A DNA stretch of 64,000 nucleotides, taken from assembly GCA_028819495.1 (NCBI GenBank), contig JAPPLI010000149.1, forward strand, positions 153-64,152, written 5' to 3'. The first letter of the stretch is position 1; the number at the start of each line of letters is the position of its first letter. The notes beneath the pieces are model-generated. The model was not told where the DNA came from. It saw only the letters and a program-made list of their open reading frames with translations, and made no database searches. This document shows, one piece after another, positions 18,386 through 27,140 of this stretch. The DNA is from Gammaproteobacteria bacterium (lineage in GTDB: Bacteria > Pseudomonadota > Gammaproteobacteria > Eutrophobiales > Eutrophobiaceae). Position numbers and translations under genes: made by a program.

Positions 18386-19756
18386 GTGGCCATCAGGAAG
18401 CTCCTGGTCGCTAATCGCGGCGAAATTGCGGTGCGGATTATCCGTTCCGCACGCGAAATGGGGATCAATACAATCCAGGTTTACAGCGACGCTGATGCAG
18501 ACATGCCGGCCGTGAGCATGGCCGATGAAGCCTTGAACATTGGCCGTCCGCAGGCAGCCAGGTCGTATTTGAACCGGGAAGCGATCCTTGAGGCCGCCAG
18601 GGCTACCGGCGCCGACGCGGTGCATCCGGGGTACGGATTTCTGGCCGAGGACGCTGACTTTGCAGACGCCGTTGAAGGAGCGGGCTTGCGTTTCGTCGGT
18701 CCCTCGGGCAAGACGATTCGCCAGATGGGCGACAAGGCCCGGGCCAGGACACTGGCGTTGCGGGCAGGGTTGCCTACAGTGCCGGGAAGTACCGGGCCGA
18801 TAGACAGCGTTGAGGCTGGTCTTGCCATAGCCGGAGAGATCGTCTATCCCGTGATGATCAAGGCTGTCGGTGGCGGTGGAGGCCGCGGCATCCGTACGGT
18901 AGCAAATCCGAAAGAGTTCAGCCGCCAGGCGCCGCAGGCCCGGGCCGAAGCCAGGGCAGCATTTGGCGACGACGCACTTTACATCGAAAAAGTCATTGAC
19001 AGCGCCTGTCATATCGAGGTGCAGATTCTGGCTGATGGCGAATGTGCAATACACTTGTTCGAGCGTGAGTGTTCGCTGCAAAGGCGGCGGCAAAAGGTGT
19101 GGGAAGAAGCGCCATCCGTAAACATGCCGCAGGAGAACAGGGATGAGCTGTGTGCGGCAGCCGTGAAACTGGCAAAGGCAGTAAATTACCGTGGAGCCGG
19201 AACCGTTGAGTTTCTCTACGACAGGCAGACCGGGCAATATTACTTCATTGAGATGAATACGCGTATCCAGGTCGAACACCCGGTGACGGAAATGGTCACC
19301 GGGATTGACCTGGTGCGGGAGATGCTGTCTATCGCCGCCGGCCGGCCGCTCGAGATCTCTCAGCAGGACGTCGCGACAAGAGGACATTCAATAGAGGTGC
19401 GATTGAACGCTGAGGATCCTGCCAGAAATTTCCTTCCCTGCCCCGGTATAGTCGAATCACTGAATATTCCGAACGGGCCTGGCGTGCGTTTTGACGGCGC
19501 AATTTACCCGGGCTATATAATCCCTCCATTCTATGATTCATTGCTCGGCAAACTGGTCGTCTGGAATATCGATAGGGAAACGGCACTGGCGCGGCTGGCC
19601 CGTGCCCTGGATGAATTCAAGCTGGTTGGGGTAAGCACAACCAGTTCTCTTTTTCGCAGGTTAGTTGACGACGAAGACATCCGGGCCGGGCGCTTTGATA
19701 CCGGCTGGCTGGAGAAGTGGCTCCGGGAAGCGTACCCGGAAGCGGGGGCATTATAG
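18386..19756 (+). CDS. biotin carboxylase (ATP-grasp, AccC-like)
   Basis: 456 aa with a GTG start. It has KLLVANRGEIAVRIIR, a glycine-rich GGGGRGIR loop, and EMNTRIQVEHPVTE. Confidence 0.92.
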   Translation: MAIRKLLVANRGEIAVRIIRSAREMGINTIQVYSDADADMPAVSMADEALNIGRPQAARSYLNREAILEAARATGADAVHPGYGFLAEDADFADAVEGAGLRFVGPSGKTIRQMGDKARARTLALRAGLPTVPGSTGPIDSVEAGLAIAGEIVYPVMIKAVGGGGGRGIRTVANPKEFSRQAPQARAEARAAFGDDALYIEKVIDSACHIEVQILADGECAIHLFERECSLQRRRQKVWEEAPSVNMPQENRDELCAAAVKLAKAVNYRGAGTVEFLYDRQTGQYYFIEMNTRIQVEHPVTEMVTGIDLVREMLSIAAGRPLEISQQDVATRGHSIEVRLNAEDPARNFLPCPGIVESLNIPNGPGVRFDGAIYPGYIIPPFYDSLLGKLVVWNIDRETALARLARALDEFKLVGVSTTSSLFRRLVDDEDIRAGRFDTGWLEKWLREAYPEAGAL

Positions 19757-19789
19757 TACGAGACTTGTCATGAAACAGGAGCGAATGAA

Positions 19790-20665
19790 ATGAAAACCCG
19801 GTATTCGTTTGGCGGTGACGAGCACCTCGTCGGTGAAGTCGATGAGGAAATGTCGCTGGAAGCGTTTTTCAAGGTATTGCTGATCACGAACATTGTCCGC
19901 GCACAGGCGATAGAGGGCCTCAGGGAAGTATGCCCGGCCAATGCGTCGTATATGGTCAAGTTCGATCCGGATGTTATCTCACCTGCCGGGATGTTGAAGC
20001 AACTACACGAAATAGAGCGATCAGTGGGAGAAGCGGATCAACGAATCGACACACGGATTATCGAGCTTCCTGTTTATTACAAGGATCCCTGGACACGTGA
20101 AACCCTGATGCGATTTCGCGACCGCCACCAAGACCCGAATTCCACTGACCTTGAATACGCGGCTCGAATAAATGGCTTTGAAAGCGATGACGGGTTTGTA
20201 GATGCGCATGCCGGTTCGCCGTGGTTCGTGACGATGATCGGCTTTGCAGCCGGTCTGCCCTGGTTATACCAGTTGGTTGAGCGCAGACGGCAATTGCAGG
20301 TGCCGAAGTATATCCGGCCCCGTACCGATACTCCCAAACAAACGATAGGTTACGGGGGCTGCTTTACTGCGATTTATTCCGTACGCGGCGCGGGTGGCTA
20401 CCAGATGTTCGGTATTACGCCTGTACCTATCTTTGATCCCCGGCAGGAGGTCAGGCACCTGCGTGACTCCATGGTGTTCTTTAATCCGGGCGATATTGTC
20501 AAATTCAGGTCGATAGGGCGTTCTGAATATGACCGGATACTTGATGAAGTTGAGGCCGGAAAGCACATGCCGATTGTAAAGACGGTGACCTTTTCGCTCG
20601 ATGAATGGCAACGTGATATTGAGGGTTACAACCGAAAGACCCTGGAGGTGCTTTATGGCGGTTAA
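19790..20665 (+). CDS. pxpB: KipI / allophanate hydrolase subunit 1 family (5-oxoprolinase subunit B-like)
   Basis: 291 aa with AHS1/CT_C_D-like sequence. It sits directly before an AHS2 gene, with overlapping stop and start. Confidence 0.85.
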   Translation: MKTRYSFGGDEHLVGEVDEEMSLEAFFKVLLITNIVRAQAIEGLREVCPANASYMVKFDPDVISPAGMLKQLHEIERSVGEADQRIDTRIIELPVYYKDPWTRETLMRFRDRHQDPNSTDLEYAARINGFESDDGFVDAHAGSPWFVTMIGFAAGLPWLYQLVERRRQLQVPKYIRPRTDTPKQTIGYGGCFTAIYSVRGAGGYQMFGITPVPIFDPRQEVRHLRDSMVFFNPGDIVKFRSIGRSEYDRILDEVEAGKHMPIVKTVTFSLDEWQRDIEGYNRKTLEVLYGG

Positions 20666-21632
20666 GGTAATTTCCCCCGGTTTATCCACAACCGTACAGG
20701 ATCTCGGCCGTCACGGCTACTATCACCTGGGCATTCCCATGGGTGGGGGTATGGATATGTTTGCCCTGCGTTGCGCCAACCTGCTGGTCGGTAACGACGA
20801 GGGGGCGGCGGCGCTCGAGGCGGTTTACATGGGGCCTGAACTGGAATTTACCTCCGACGGGTATATTGCGGTTACCGGCGCGGATATGCCTTTCCGGATA
20901 GATGGAGAGTTTCAGGAAAGCTGGGTGTGTTGCGCGGTGCGGGCAGGCCAGAGGCTCAGCTTCGATTACCTCAAGTCCGGCGCCAGGGCATATATCGCTG
21001 TATCAGGTGGAATCGATGTTCCCGTCGTGTTGGGCAGCCGGTCAACCTATGCGCTGGGCCGTATGGGTGGGTTTGAGGGTCGGGCGCTTATGGAGGATGA
21101 TGTCATTCCGGTATTATCCGGCAACGGCAAATCGGTGAAAGCGGGTCGCAATCTTCCCCCCGGATACCGGCGCGAACAACCGGCCACGACGGAACTGCGC
21201 GTGATTTCCGGAATGTACATGCACCGGATCACTGATGAATCACGGACGAACTTTTTCTCGGATGTCTGGAAGGTATCTACCGAAGCGGATCGTATCGGAT
21301 ACCGGTTCATGGGCGGCGAGAAATTCTCGTTTCTCGAGCGCAAACAACCCTTCGGCGCGGGCTCCGATCCCTCAAACATTGTTGACAGTTGTTATCCCTA
21401 CGGTTCCATCCAGATACCGGGCGGCGCGGAGCCCATCATATTGCATCGGGATGCCGTGTCGGGGGGCGGTTTTGCCGTTATCGGGACGGTGATTTCCGCT
21501 GATATGGACCTCATTGGACAACTGCAACCGAATATGGAATCCCGCTTTGTGGAGGTATCCATGGAACAAGCCCTGGCCGCACGTGAGGACCGGCAGCAGC
21601 TCCTGGACAGGGCTCGTCAGCATCTTTCGTAG
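20655..21632 (+). CDS. pxpC: KipA / allophanate hydrolase subunit 2 family (5-oxoprolinase subunit C-like)
   Basis: The start MAVKVISPGLSTTVQDLGRHGYYHLGIPMGGGMD is the typical AHS2 N-terminus. A GGAGG Shine-Dalgarno sequence lies upstream, and the ATG at 20655 overlaps the pxpB stop. Confidence 0.85.
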   Translation: MAVKVISPGLSTTVQDLGRHGYYHLGIPMGGGMDMFALRCANLLVGNDEGAAALEAVYMGPELEFTSDGYIAVTGADMPFRIDGEFQESWVCCAVRAGQRLSFDYLKSGARAYIAVSGGIDVPVVLGSRSTYALGRMGGFEGRALMEDDVIPVLSGNGKSVKAGRNLPPGYRREQPATTELRVISGMYMHRITDESRTNFFSDVWKVSTEADRIGYRFMGGEKFSFLERKQPFGAGSDPSNIVDSCYPYGSIQIPGGAEPIILHRDAVSGGGFAVIGTVISADMDLIGQLQPNMESRFVEVSMEQALAAREDRQQLLDRARQHLS

Positions 21633-21643
21633 TGAAAAGACTG

Positions 21644-21666
21644 CTCTCACCCCGTTGGGGAGAGGG
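21644..21666. terminator. imperfect GC-rich hairpin between convergent pxpC and ptb
   Basis: The arms are CTCTCACCCC-GTT-GGGGAGAGG(G), with one mismatch. On the minus strand it is followed by TCTTTTC. Confidence 0.4.
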
Positions 21667-21668
21667 GT

Positions 21669-22583
21669 TCAACGTCGCGGAGAACTTGCAATACCGGCGA
21701 GTAGAAGTGAATTGATGCGTCGTTCTGCATGGTCGGAACGCGAATTAAACGTAACCGGAACACTGGCGCCGAGTAATAATCCACCTGACTTTGCCCTGCC
21801 ATGAAATTTGATGGCTTTACCGACCGCATTCGCGGCTTCCAGATCGTGGAATACAATAAGATCAGGATCACCGGCAACGGTTGAAGCACCCAGTTTTTTA
21901 TTCTGTGCCGCGTCTTTGCTGATACAGGCGTCATACCCAAACGGCCCATCAACAAGAAAACCATCCAGTTCCTGCATCTCACAAGCAGTTTTCAGCTTTA
22001 CCGCGTCAAGTGTGGCAGGCAAGGCCTCGCTGGGCTTTTCCGAGGCCGCAACAAGTCCGACTTTCACCGGCTGGATTCCCAGCGCAAAATAAAGCGGGCG
22101 CGTATTCTCTATGAATGCCTTCTTATCTTCAAAACCGGGATTGGGCACGATTGCGTTATCCGTAATTCCCAGTAATTTATGATAAGAATCCAATTCGAAA
22201 ACCGTAATATTGGACAGCACCTGGGACCTTCTTATCCCGGATCTTTTATCAAGTATGCTTTTTAAGAAAACCGCTGACTCTATATTTCCCTTCATTAAAA
22301 TTTCTGCCTCACCTCCTTTAGCTGCCGCAACAGCCACATCCGCACAAGCTCGTGCGGTGTCTGCGTCACGGATATCGAAAAGGTTTCCATCGGCATTAAT
22401 GTTTTTGAGGCGTTTACGGATCTCCTGTATGGGGCCGGAAACTATGGCATGACTGATAATTCCTGTCTGCAATAATGTTTCGACACTTGACAGCACCGCT
22501 TCGTCAGCGCCACCAGCAATGGAAACTGCCGATACATTGAATTGTTGTTCAGATAAATCCTTGAAACTTCTTACAGGGTTCAT
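21669..22583 (-). CDS. ptb: phosphate acyltransferase (phosphotransbutyrylase/phosphotransacetylase family)
   Basis: 304 aa with PTA_PTB-like sequence. Its start overlaps the butyrate kinase stop by 4 nt. Confidence 0.8.
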   Translation of the reverse strand: MNPVRSFKDLSEQQFNVSAVSIAGGADEAVLSSVETLLQTGIISHAIVSGPIQEIRKRLKNINADGNLFDIRDADTARACADVAVAAAKGGEAEILMKGNIESAVFLKSILDKRSGIRRSQVLSNITVFELDSYHKLLGITDNAIVPNPGFEDKKAFIENTRPLYFALGIQPVKVGLVAASEKPSEALPATLDAVKLKTACEMQELDGFLVDGPFGYDACISKDAAQNKKLGASTVAGDPDLIVFHDLEAANAVGKAIKFHGRAKSGGLLLGASVPVTFNSRSDHAERRINSLLLAGIASSPRR

Positions 22584-23707
22584 TGTCGAGCGTTATAGCG
22601 GGCAGTGGCCTGCTCCGGTATTGGCCAGTCCATGTATTGACCTCCGGCATCAAGCGCAGCTATTACGGTTTCAGCCAGAGCCTGATTTTCATTGCTGCCG
22701 GCAAAGACAAAAACAGGCGCCAGATTTTCCATTTTAGACGTAAGCCGCTCAGTCAGCTTTTTACTGTTGGCCAACCCTCCGGTTAATACGATACCGTCTA
22801 TTTTGAAATCCATGGTAGCGGCCATGGCTCCGACTGCTTTGCCTACCTGGTAGAGCATCGCATCGTAAATCAGCGCCGCGTTGTCGTCGCCTTTTTTGAT
22901 CCGCTGCTCCACTTCCCGCATATCACGGGTACCCAGGTATGCAAAGACGCCGCCCTGTCCATAGAGTTTTTTCAATAATTCAGCTTTTGTCCATTTGCCT
23001 GAATAACAGGCTTCAATCAACGGGACAGGAGGCAGTCCGCCGGTGCGTTCAGGGGTAAAGGGAGAGCACTCCATGCGGTTACTGTTGTCAATAAGTCTGC
23101 CTCTGTCCACTGCTGCGATGGAAAATCCGGCTCCCAGGTGCGCGACAACCAGGCGGAGTTCCTCCACAGTCTTTTCGAGAAGTCTTGCCAGTCGGCGGAC
23201 AGTTGAACGGATATTAAGCGCATGTACAAAACTGAAACGATGAAATTCAGGGTTGCCTGATATCCTTGCCATGTCGGTGAATTCATCTACGCCGACAGGG
23301 TCCGCAATAAATGCTTCGACACCATATACTCCCGCAAGCCGATGAGCCAACGGCGCACCCAGGTTACTGGCATGTTCATACACAGGGGTTTCAAGTGAAA
23401 AACGGACGAGGTCATCATTAACCCTGATGACACCGGGCGGCACCGGTGTCAACATACCTCCCCGACCTGCGCAGGCGACCAGTCGGGGTATATTCTCACC
23501 GTTAATATGGCGCCGGACAAAACCGAGTACAAGCTGATAACGGTATTCCAGTTGATCACTTATTGCTTCGAACCGGCCCACCTCGCTGTCGCTATGCTCT
23601 ATCACTTCTCCCGCAGTGCAGGAAACAAGGCCATTATTTGTTTCGTAAAATGCGCAGCGCGTGGTTGTAGCGCCGGGATTCACCGTTATTATCAGCCTGG
23701 GTTGCAT
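22580..23707 (-). CDS. buk: butyrate (short/branched-chain acyl) kinase
   Basis: 375 aa. It has the N-terminal IITVNPGATTTR phosphate-1 motif of ASKHA acetate/butyrate kinases, and the length is typical of Buk. Confidence 0.85.
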   Translation of the reverse strand: MQPRLIITVNPGATTTRCAFYETNNGLVSCTAGEVIEHSDSEVGRFEAISDQLEYRYQLVLGFVRRHINGENIPRLVACAGRGGMLTPVPPGVIRVNDDLVRFSLETPVYEHASNLGAPLAHRLAGVYGVEAFIADPVGVDEFTDMARISGNPEFHRFSFVHALNIRSTVRRLARLLEKTVEELRLVVAHLGAGFSIAAVDRGRLIDNSNRMECSPFTPERTGGLPPVPLIEACYSGKWTKAELLKKLYGQGGVFAYLGTRDMREVEQRIKKGDDNAALIYDAMLYQVGKAVGAMAATMDFKIDGIVLTGGLANSKKLTERLTSKMENLAPVFVFAGSNENQALAETVIAALDAGGQYMDWPIPEQATARYNARQ

Positions 23708-23728
23708 TGGAGCATACTGCTGCTGATT

Positions 23729-24448
23729 TCAGAATTCTTTAGTGATGTTTAAGACGAAGCCCTGGCACAATTCTTTTCCCCCACACTCACTATCAGCGTC
23801 ATTCCAGGAAATATCAAATCCAAAACCTGCAAAATACCTGGAAATACCAAGAGCATAATGTGAGTAGGCAAGGTTGATATCATCCACGTCGAGGTATCCG
23901 TATGATATATAGCCACTGAGTTCTGCGGGTAGCGATATTGTCAGGCCGGAAGTAACATAAATACTGGTTCCTCCATCGCCAAAATAATCAGGTGAAATCG
24001 CTACACCGCCATTCAACACCGGGGCGAGGTCGCCGCTGAATTCATAGCTGATGCCGGCTATAAACTCATAATAATTATACTGGCCTGTTCCATCATCTTC
24101 GTTTTGACCTGGATAACCATAGCGCTTGACGCTGATATCGTACCCCAGTCCGTTATCAAGCTCATTTGCATACCCGGCATAGATATGCCACTCAACCTTC
24201 GCCGGATCAGAGGCATCCGAATTAAAATCTATGGAAGATACCCAGGAACCCAGATAAAACCCTGATGTGTGCCCGATGTCAAGACCGCCGGAAACCGCCC
24301 ATTCCTCATTGGAAAAGGTCGTTCCATAATACTTGTAGTCATTTGTCAAGCCAATATTGGCACTTAAGCTGAAACCTTCCTGCGCATAAATTGATCCGGG
24401 AACTATAAAAAGCAGATTTGCCAGGAATAATGTTTTTAAAAATTTCAT
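23729..24448 (-). CDS. TorF-family (Gcw_chp) outer-membrane beta-barrel porin
   Basis: It has a signal peptide MKFLKTLFLANLLFIVPGSIYA, alternating beta-strand sequence (LTNDYKYYGTTFSNE...) and a C-terminal F. I moved the start to the ATG at 24446-24448. Confidence 0.7.
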   Translation of the reverse strand: MKFLKTLFLANLLFIVPGSIYAQEGFSLSANIGLTNDYKYYGTTFSNEEWAVSGGLDIGHTSGFYLGSWVSSIDFNSDASDPAKVEWHIYAGYANELDNGLGYDISVKRYGYPGQNEDDGTGQYNYYEFIAGISYEFSGDLAPVLNGGVAISPDYFGDGGTSIYVTSGLTISLPAELSGYISYGYLDVDDINLAYSHYALGISRYFAGFGFDISWNDADSECGGKELCQGFVLNITKEF

Positions 24449-24461
24449 TTTATACAAGTCT

Positions 24462-25223
24462 TCATGCAAATTGACCGGACAGTAATCCGCCTGCGGCTCG
24501 AACTTCGGCCGGTAACTTCAACGCACGCAGTATCTCGAACACTGTGGCCGCTGCCGTAGAAAAGACCGGCACATCGCAGGTTCGCTGCACAATATCCAGT
24601 GCGGCGAGAGAAGGCATCTGCACACAAACGGATAGCACCACGGCATCTGCATTTTGCGTCGAAAGTTTCTTGACGATATCCACCAGGGCCAGGGGATCGC
24701 GGGCGCCCACCTCAAGATTATCCGGGATTTCAAGTGATATTGCGTCGAGTACTTCAATACCTTCGCCTTCTATATAGGTGATCACCAGGTCCGTGAGACT
24801 TTTCATGTAAGGCGCTATGATGGCTATCTTCTTCGCTCCGAGCGCTTTTGACGCTTCTATCAGGGCGCCGGCGCTTGTAATTATCGGCAACTCAACACCA
24901 TCTGCATTACACACTGCGCGCAGCGAGCGCTCCGTCTCGCGATGGTAGCTCGTACCCTGACACATAATGGCCACCAGACACGCCGAAGCGATCACATCCA
25001 CGCGTGCATCGATCAGTTCACTTGCGCAACGGGCCATGTGTGCGTTCATGGCAGTCAACTCATCCTTGCTGACTGTTTTCATCGGCGCGCGACTCGAATG
25101 GAAAGTAAAGCCCACCCCGTCAGGCACGAAGGCGCGCCGTAACATCAACGGCACTTCAGTTTCCATCGTTGTATTTGAACTTGGGACGATCTGGCCGATG
25201 CGGTATGTCTTCGTTGCGCTCAT
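24462..25223 (-). CDS. maiA: maleate cis-trans isomerase (Asp/Glu racemase superfamily; NicE/PicG-like)
   Basis: 253 aa. The N-terminal YRIGQIVPSSNTTMETEVP is characteristic of maleate isomerases, and two conserved Cys regions are present (SACLVAIMCQG, LSVCVQMPS). Confidence 0.85.
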   Translation of the reverse strand: MSATKTYRIGQIVPSSNTTMETEVPLMLRRAFVPDGVGFTFHSSRAPMKTVSKDELTAMNAHMARCASELIDARVDVIASACLVAIMCQGTSYHRETERSLRAVCNADGVELPIITSAGALIEASKALGAKKIAIIAPYMKSLTDLVITYIEGEGIEVLDAISLEIPDNLEVGARDPLALVDIVKKLSTQNADAVVLSVCVQMPSLAALDIVQRTCDVPVFSTAAATVFEILRALKLPAEVRAAGGLLSGQFA

Positions 25224-25273
25224 TGCTCAATATGCCGGCAGGTCATGTATTTCTCGCTGGCCGGGGACAAATT

Positions 25274-26071
25274 TTAAATCTGTCCCCTTTTCTGTACATC
25301 GTTAAGGAACGACAGAACTGCTTCATTAAAAACTGCAGGTCTTTCGGCGTAGCCCAGATGTCCGACACCCGTGATTTCAACAAGCCTTGCCCCCGGTATG
25401 AGGCGGGCGATCTCCTCGCCTCCCTCTTTGGGCAGCACCAGGTCGTGTTCTCCGGTGATAACCAGCGTAGGAATATTGATGCCGCCGAGATCCGCACCCA
25501 CATCAAAATCGCGTAGTCCTTCAGTCATTACCTGGGTATAGATACACTTATCATTACGCACAAGCAACCCGGCAACCCATGTCCGCAGTTCCCGGCTTGC
25601 GTTGGCGGAACAGGCCTGTTCGACCACGAGCTCGGCATACTCCTCAAGCGGCAAATTGCGGAGCGCCTCTACCCGTCGTTCCAGAACGTCGGATGGGATG
25701 CTCATGCGCGGCGCCGTATGGCATAGAAGCAGGCTGCGGCACAGGTTGGGGTGGGCAAGCGCAAGCGCTTGCCCAATAAAACCACCCATGGAGGTGCCGA
25801 GTATATGGCAGCGACCGAGATCCAGTCGCTCGATCAACACGGCGATATCTTCTGCGAGGATATCGATAGCATAGTCACCGGGACCATCCGGGTGACTGGA
25901 CTGACCAAACCCGCGCAGGTCGACTGCCACCGTATGAAAACGTTGGGAGAAGACCGGTATCTGGTTTATCCACAGCGCGCTGCTCATGCCAAGACCGTGG
26001 ATCAGTATTAACGGTTCTCCCTCACCGGACTGCTGCACGAACAGTTTCACCTCGCCTGTATCGACGATCAT
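25274..26071 (-). CDS. alpha/beta-fold hydrolase (candidate N-formylmaleamate deformylase, NicD/PicE-like)
   Basis: 265 aa. It has an HGLG oxyanion motif and a GTSMGG nucleophile elbow, and sits between the NicX-like gene and the maleate isomerase gene. Confidence 0.7.
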   Translation of the reverse strand: MIVDTGEVKLFVQQSGEGEPLILIHGLGMSSALWINQIPVFSQRFHTVAVDLRGFGQSSHPDGPGDYAIDILAEDIAVLIERLDLGRCHILGTSMGGFIGQALALAHPNLCRSLLLCHTAPRMSIPSDVLERRVEALRNLPLEEYAELVVEQACSANASRELRTWVAGLLVRNDKCIYTQVMTEGLRDFDVGADLGGINIPTLVITGEHDLVLPKEGGEEIARLIPGARLVEITGVGHLGYAERPAVFNEAVLSFLNDVQKRGQI

Positions 26072-26099
26072 GTTCGTTTAACACAATGCGTGAAAAGAG

Positions 26100-27128
26100 T
26101 CACACGTGCGACACACGCATGTCTACGGGTACGACCTTGCCCTCATCCACAATCAGTTCGTCGTCGAGCATCAGGGTACAATTCTGCATGGGCAGATCGA
26201 GGTGGCAGGGCGTATCGTTACCGCCCCCGAACTCCGTATCCGGCCCCATGGAGAACAGCACGTTGCCGTAACAGGCGCGCCCGTCCATGCCTATTCCCGG
26301 CAGGTCAACGGCCCACTTGCAGGCGGCGTTCAGCCCCCAGCCGATATGCGAGATGGCATAGGCACGCGGGTCCTGGTATTCATCGATAAACTCCTTCAGC
26401 AGGCCCGCATCCGGGCCACCGTTGATTTCGATGACAGCACCATCCCGAATTACAAACTCGATCGGTGACTTGACGAATCGCTTGAGTGGAAAAATGATGT
26501 CGTTTGTATCCATGACCACGCGACCATTGACACCTTTATCCGCGGCCACGGTAGCCAGAAACCCCCCTGGCCAATGATCCCAGCGCCCGGGAGTGCAGGT
26601 ATAACCGTATTCGGTAAGTACCGTTTTGCCGTTAAGGTTATAAGTCACATCGGCGCCCGCCGCGTTGGTAAAACGCAGGGTTTTGGCTCCACTGAGCCGG
26701 CGTTCGCCCGCTTCCACCCGTTTGCGCAATTGCGGTGTCGGAAACAGCCGTTCAAGGATTTCCCGGGGCTCCACTACCAGCAGCACACGCGTGCCTGCCT
26801 CCTGCATGGCTATCTGCTCACGGGAAAACAGCAGCAGCATGTGGTCAACCACCATATCCGCATCACAGCACTGCTGCAGCACCGCGGGGTGCTCGCTGAG
26901 CGGATTTTTGCCGACGTTCGCGATACGCTCACTGGCGTCTACGGCCTGTTCGACCCGCAGGTTGGCGTCTATGACGTGAGCGCCGAGCTCGGAGGCTGCG
27001 CTGAGGGAGGATTCGGCGTAGTCGCGTAACAGGTCTCCCTCGGACAGCACGGCGATAGTCTGCCCCGGTCCGACCTCACACAGTCTGAGTTCATCGAGAA
27101 AAATATCTTTCATTGTCTTGTCCATCAT
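26100..27128 (-). CDS. 2,5-dihydroxypyridine 5,6-dioxygenase-like protein (NicX/PicD family, aminopeptidase-T-like fold)
   Basis: 342 aa. The blocks TEYGYTCTPGRWDHWPGGFL, ISHIGWGLN and TPCHLDLPMQNC match my recollection of Pseudomonas putida NicX. This needs confirmation by alignment. Confidence 0.7.
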   Translation of the reverse strand: MMDKTMKDIFLDELRLCEVGPGQTIAVLSEGDLLRDYAESSLSAASELGAHVIDANLRVEQAVDASERIANVGKNPLSEHPAVLQQCCDADMVVDHMLLLFSREQIAMQEAGTRVLLVVEPREILERLFPTPQLRKRVEAGERRLSGAKTLRFTNAAGADVTYNLNGKTVLTEYGYTCTPGRWDHWPGGFLATVAADKGVNGRVVMDTNDIIFPLKRFVKSPIEFVIRDGAVIEINGGPDAGLLKEFIDEYQDPRAYAISHIGWGLNAACKWAVDLPGIGMDGRACYGNVLFSMGPDTEFGGGNDTPCHLDLPMQNCTLMLDDELIVDEGKVVPVDMRVSHV

Positions 27129-27140
27129 GCTAATCCCCGT

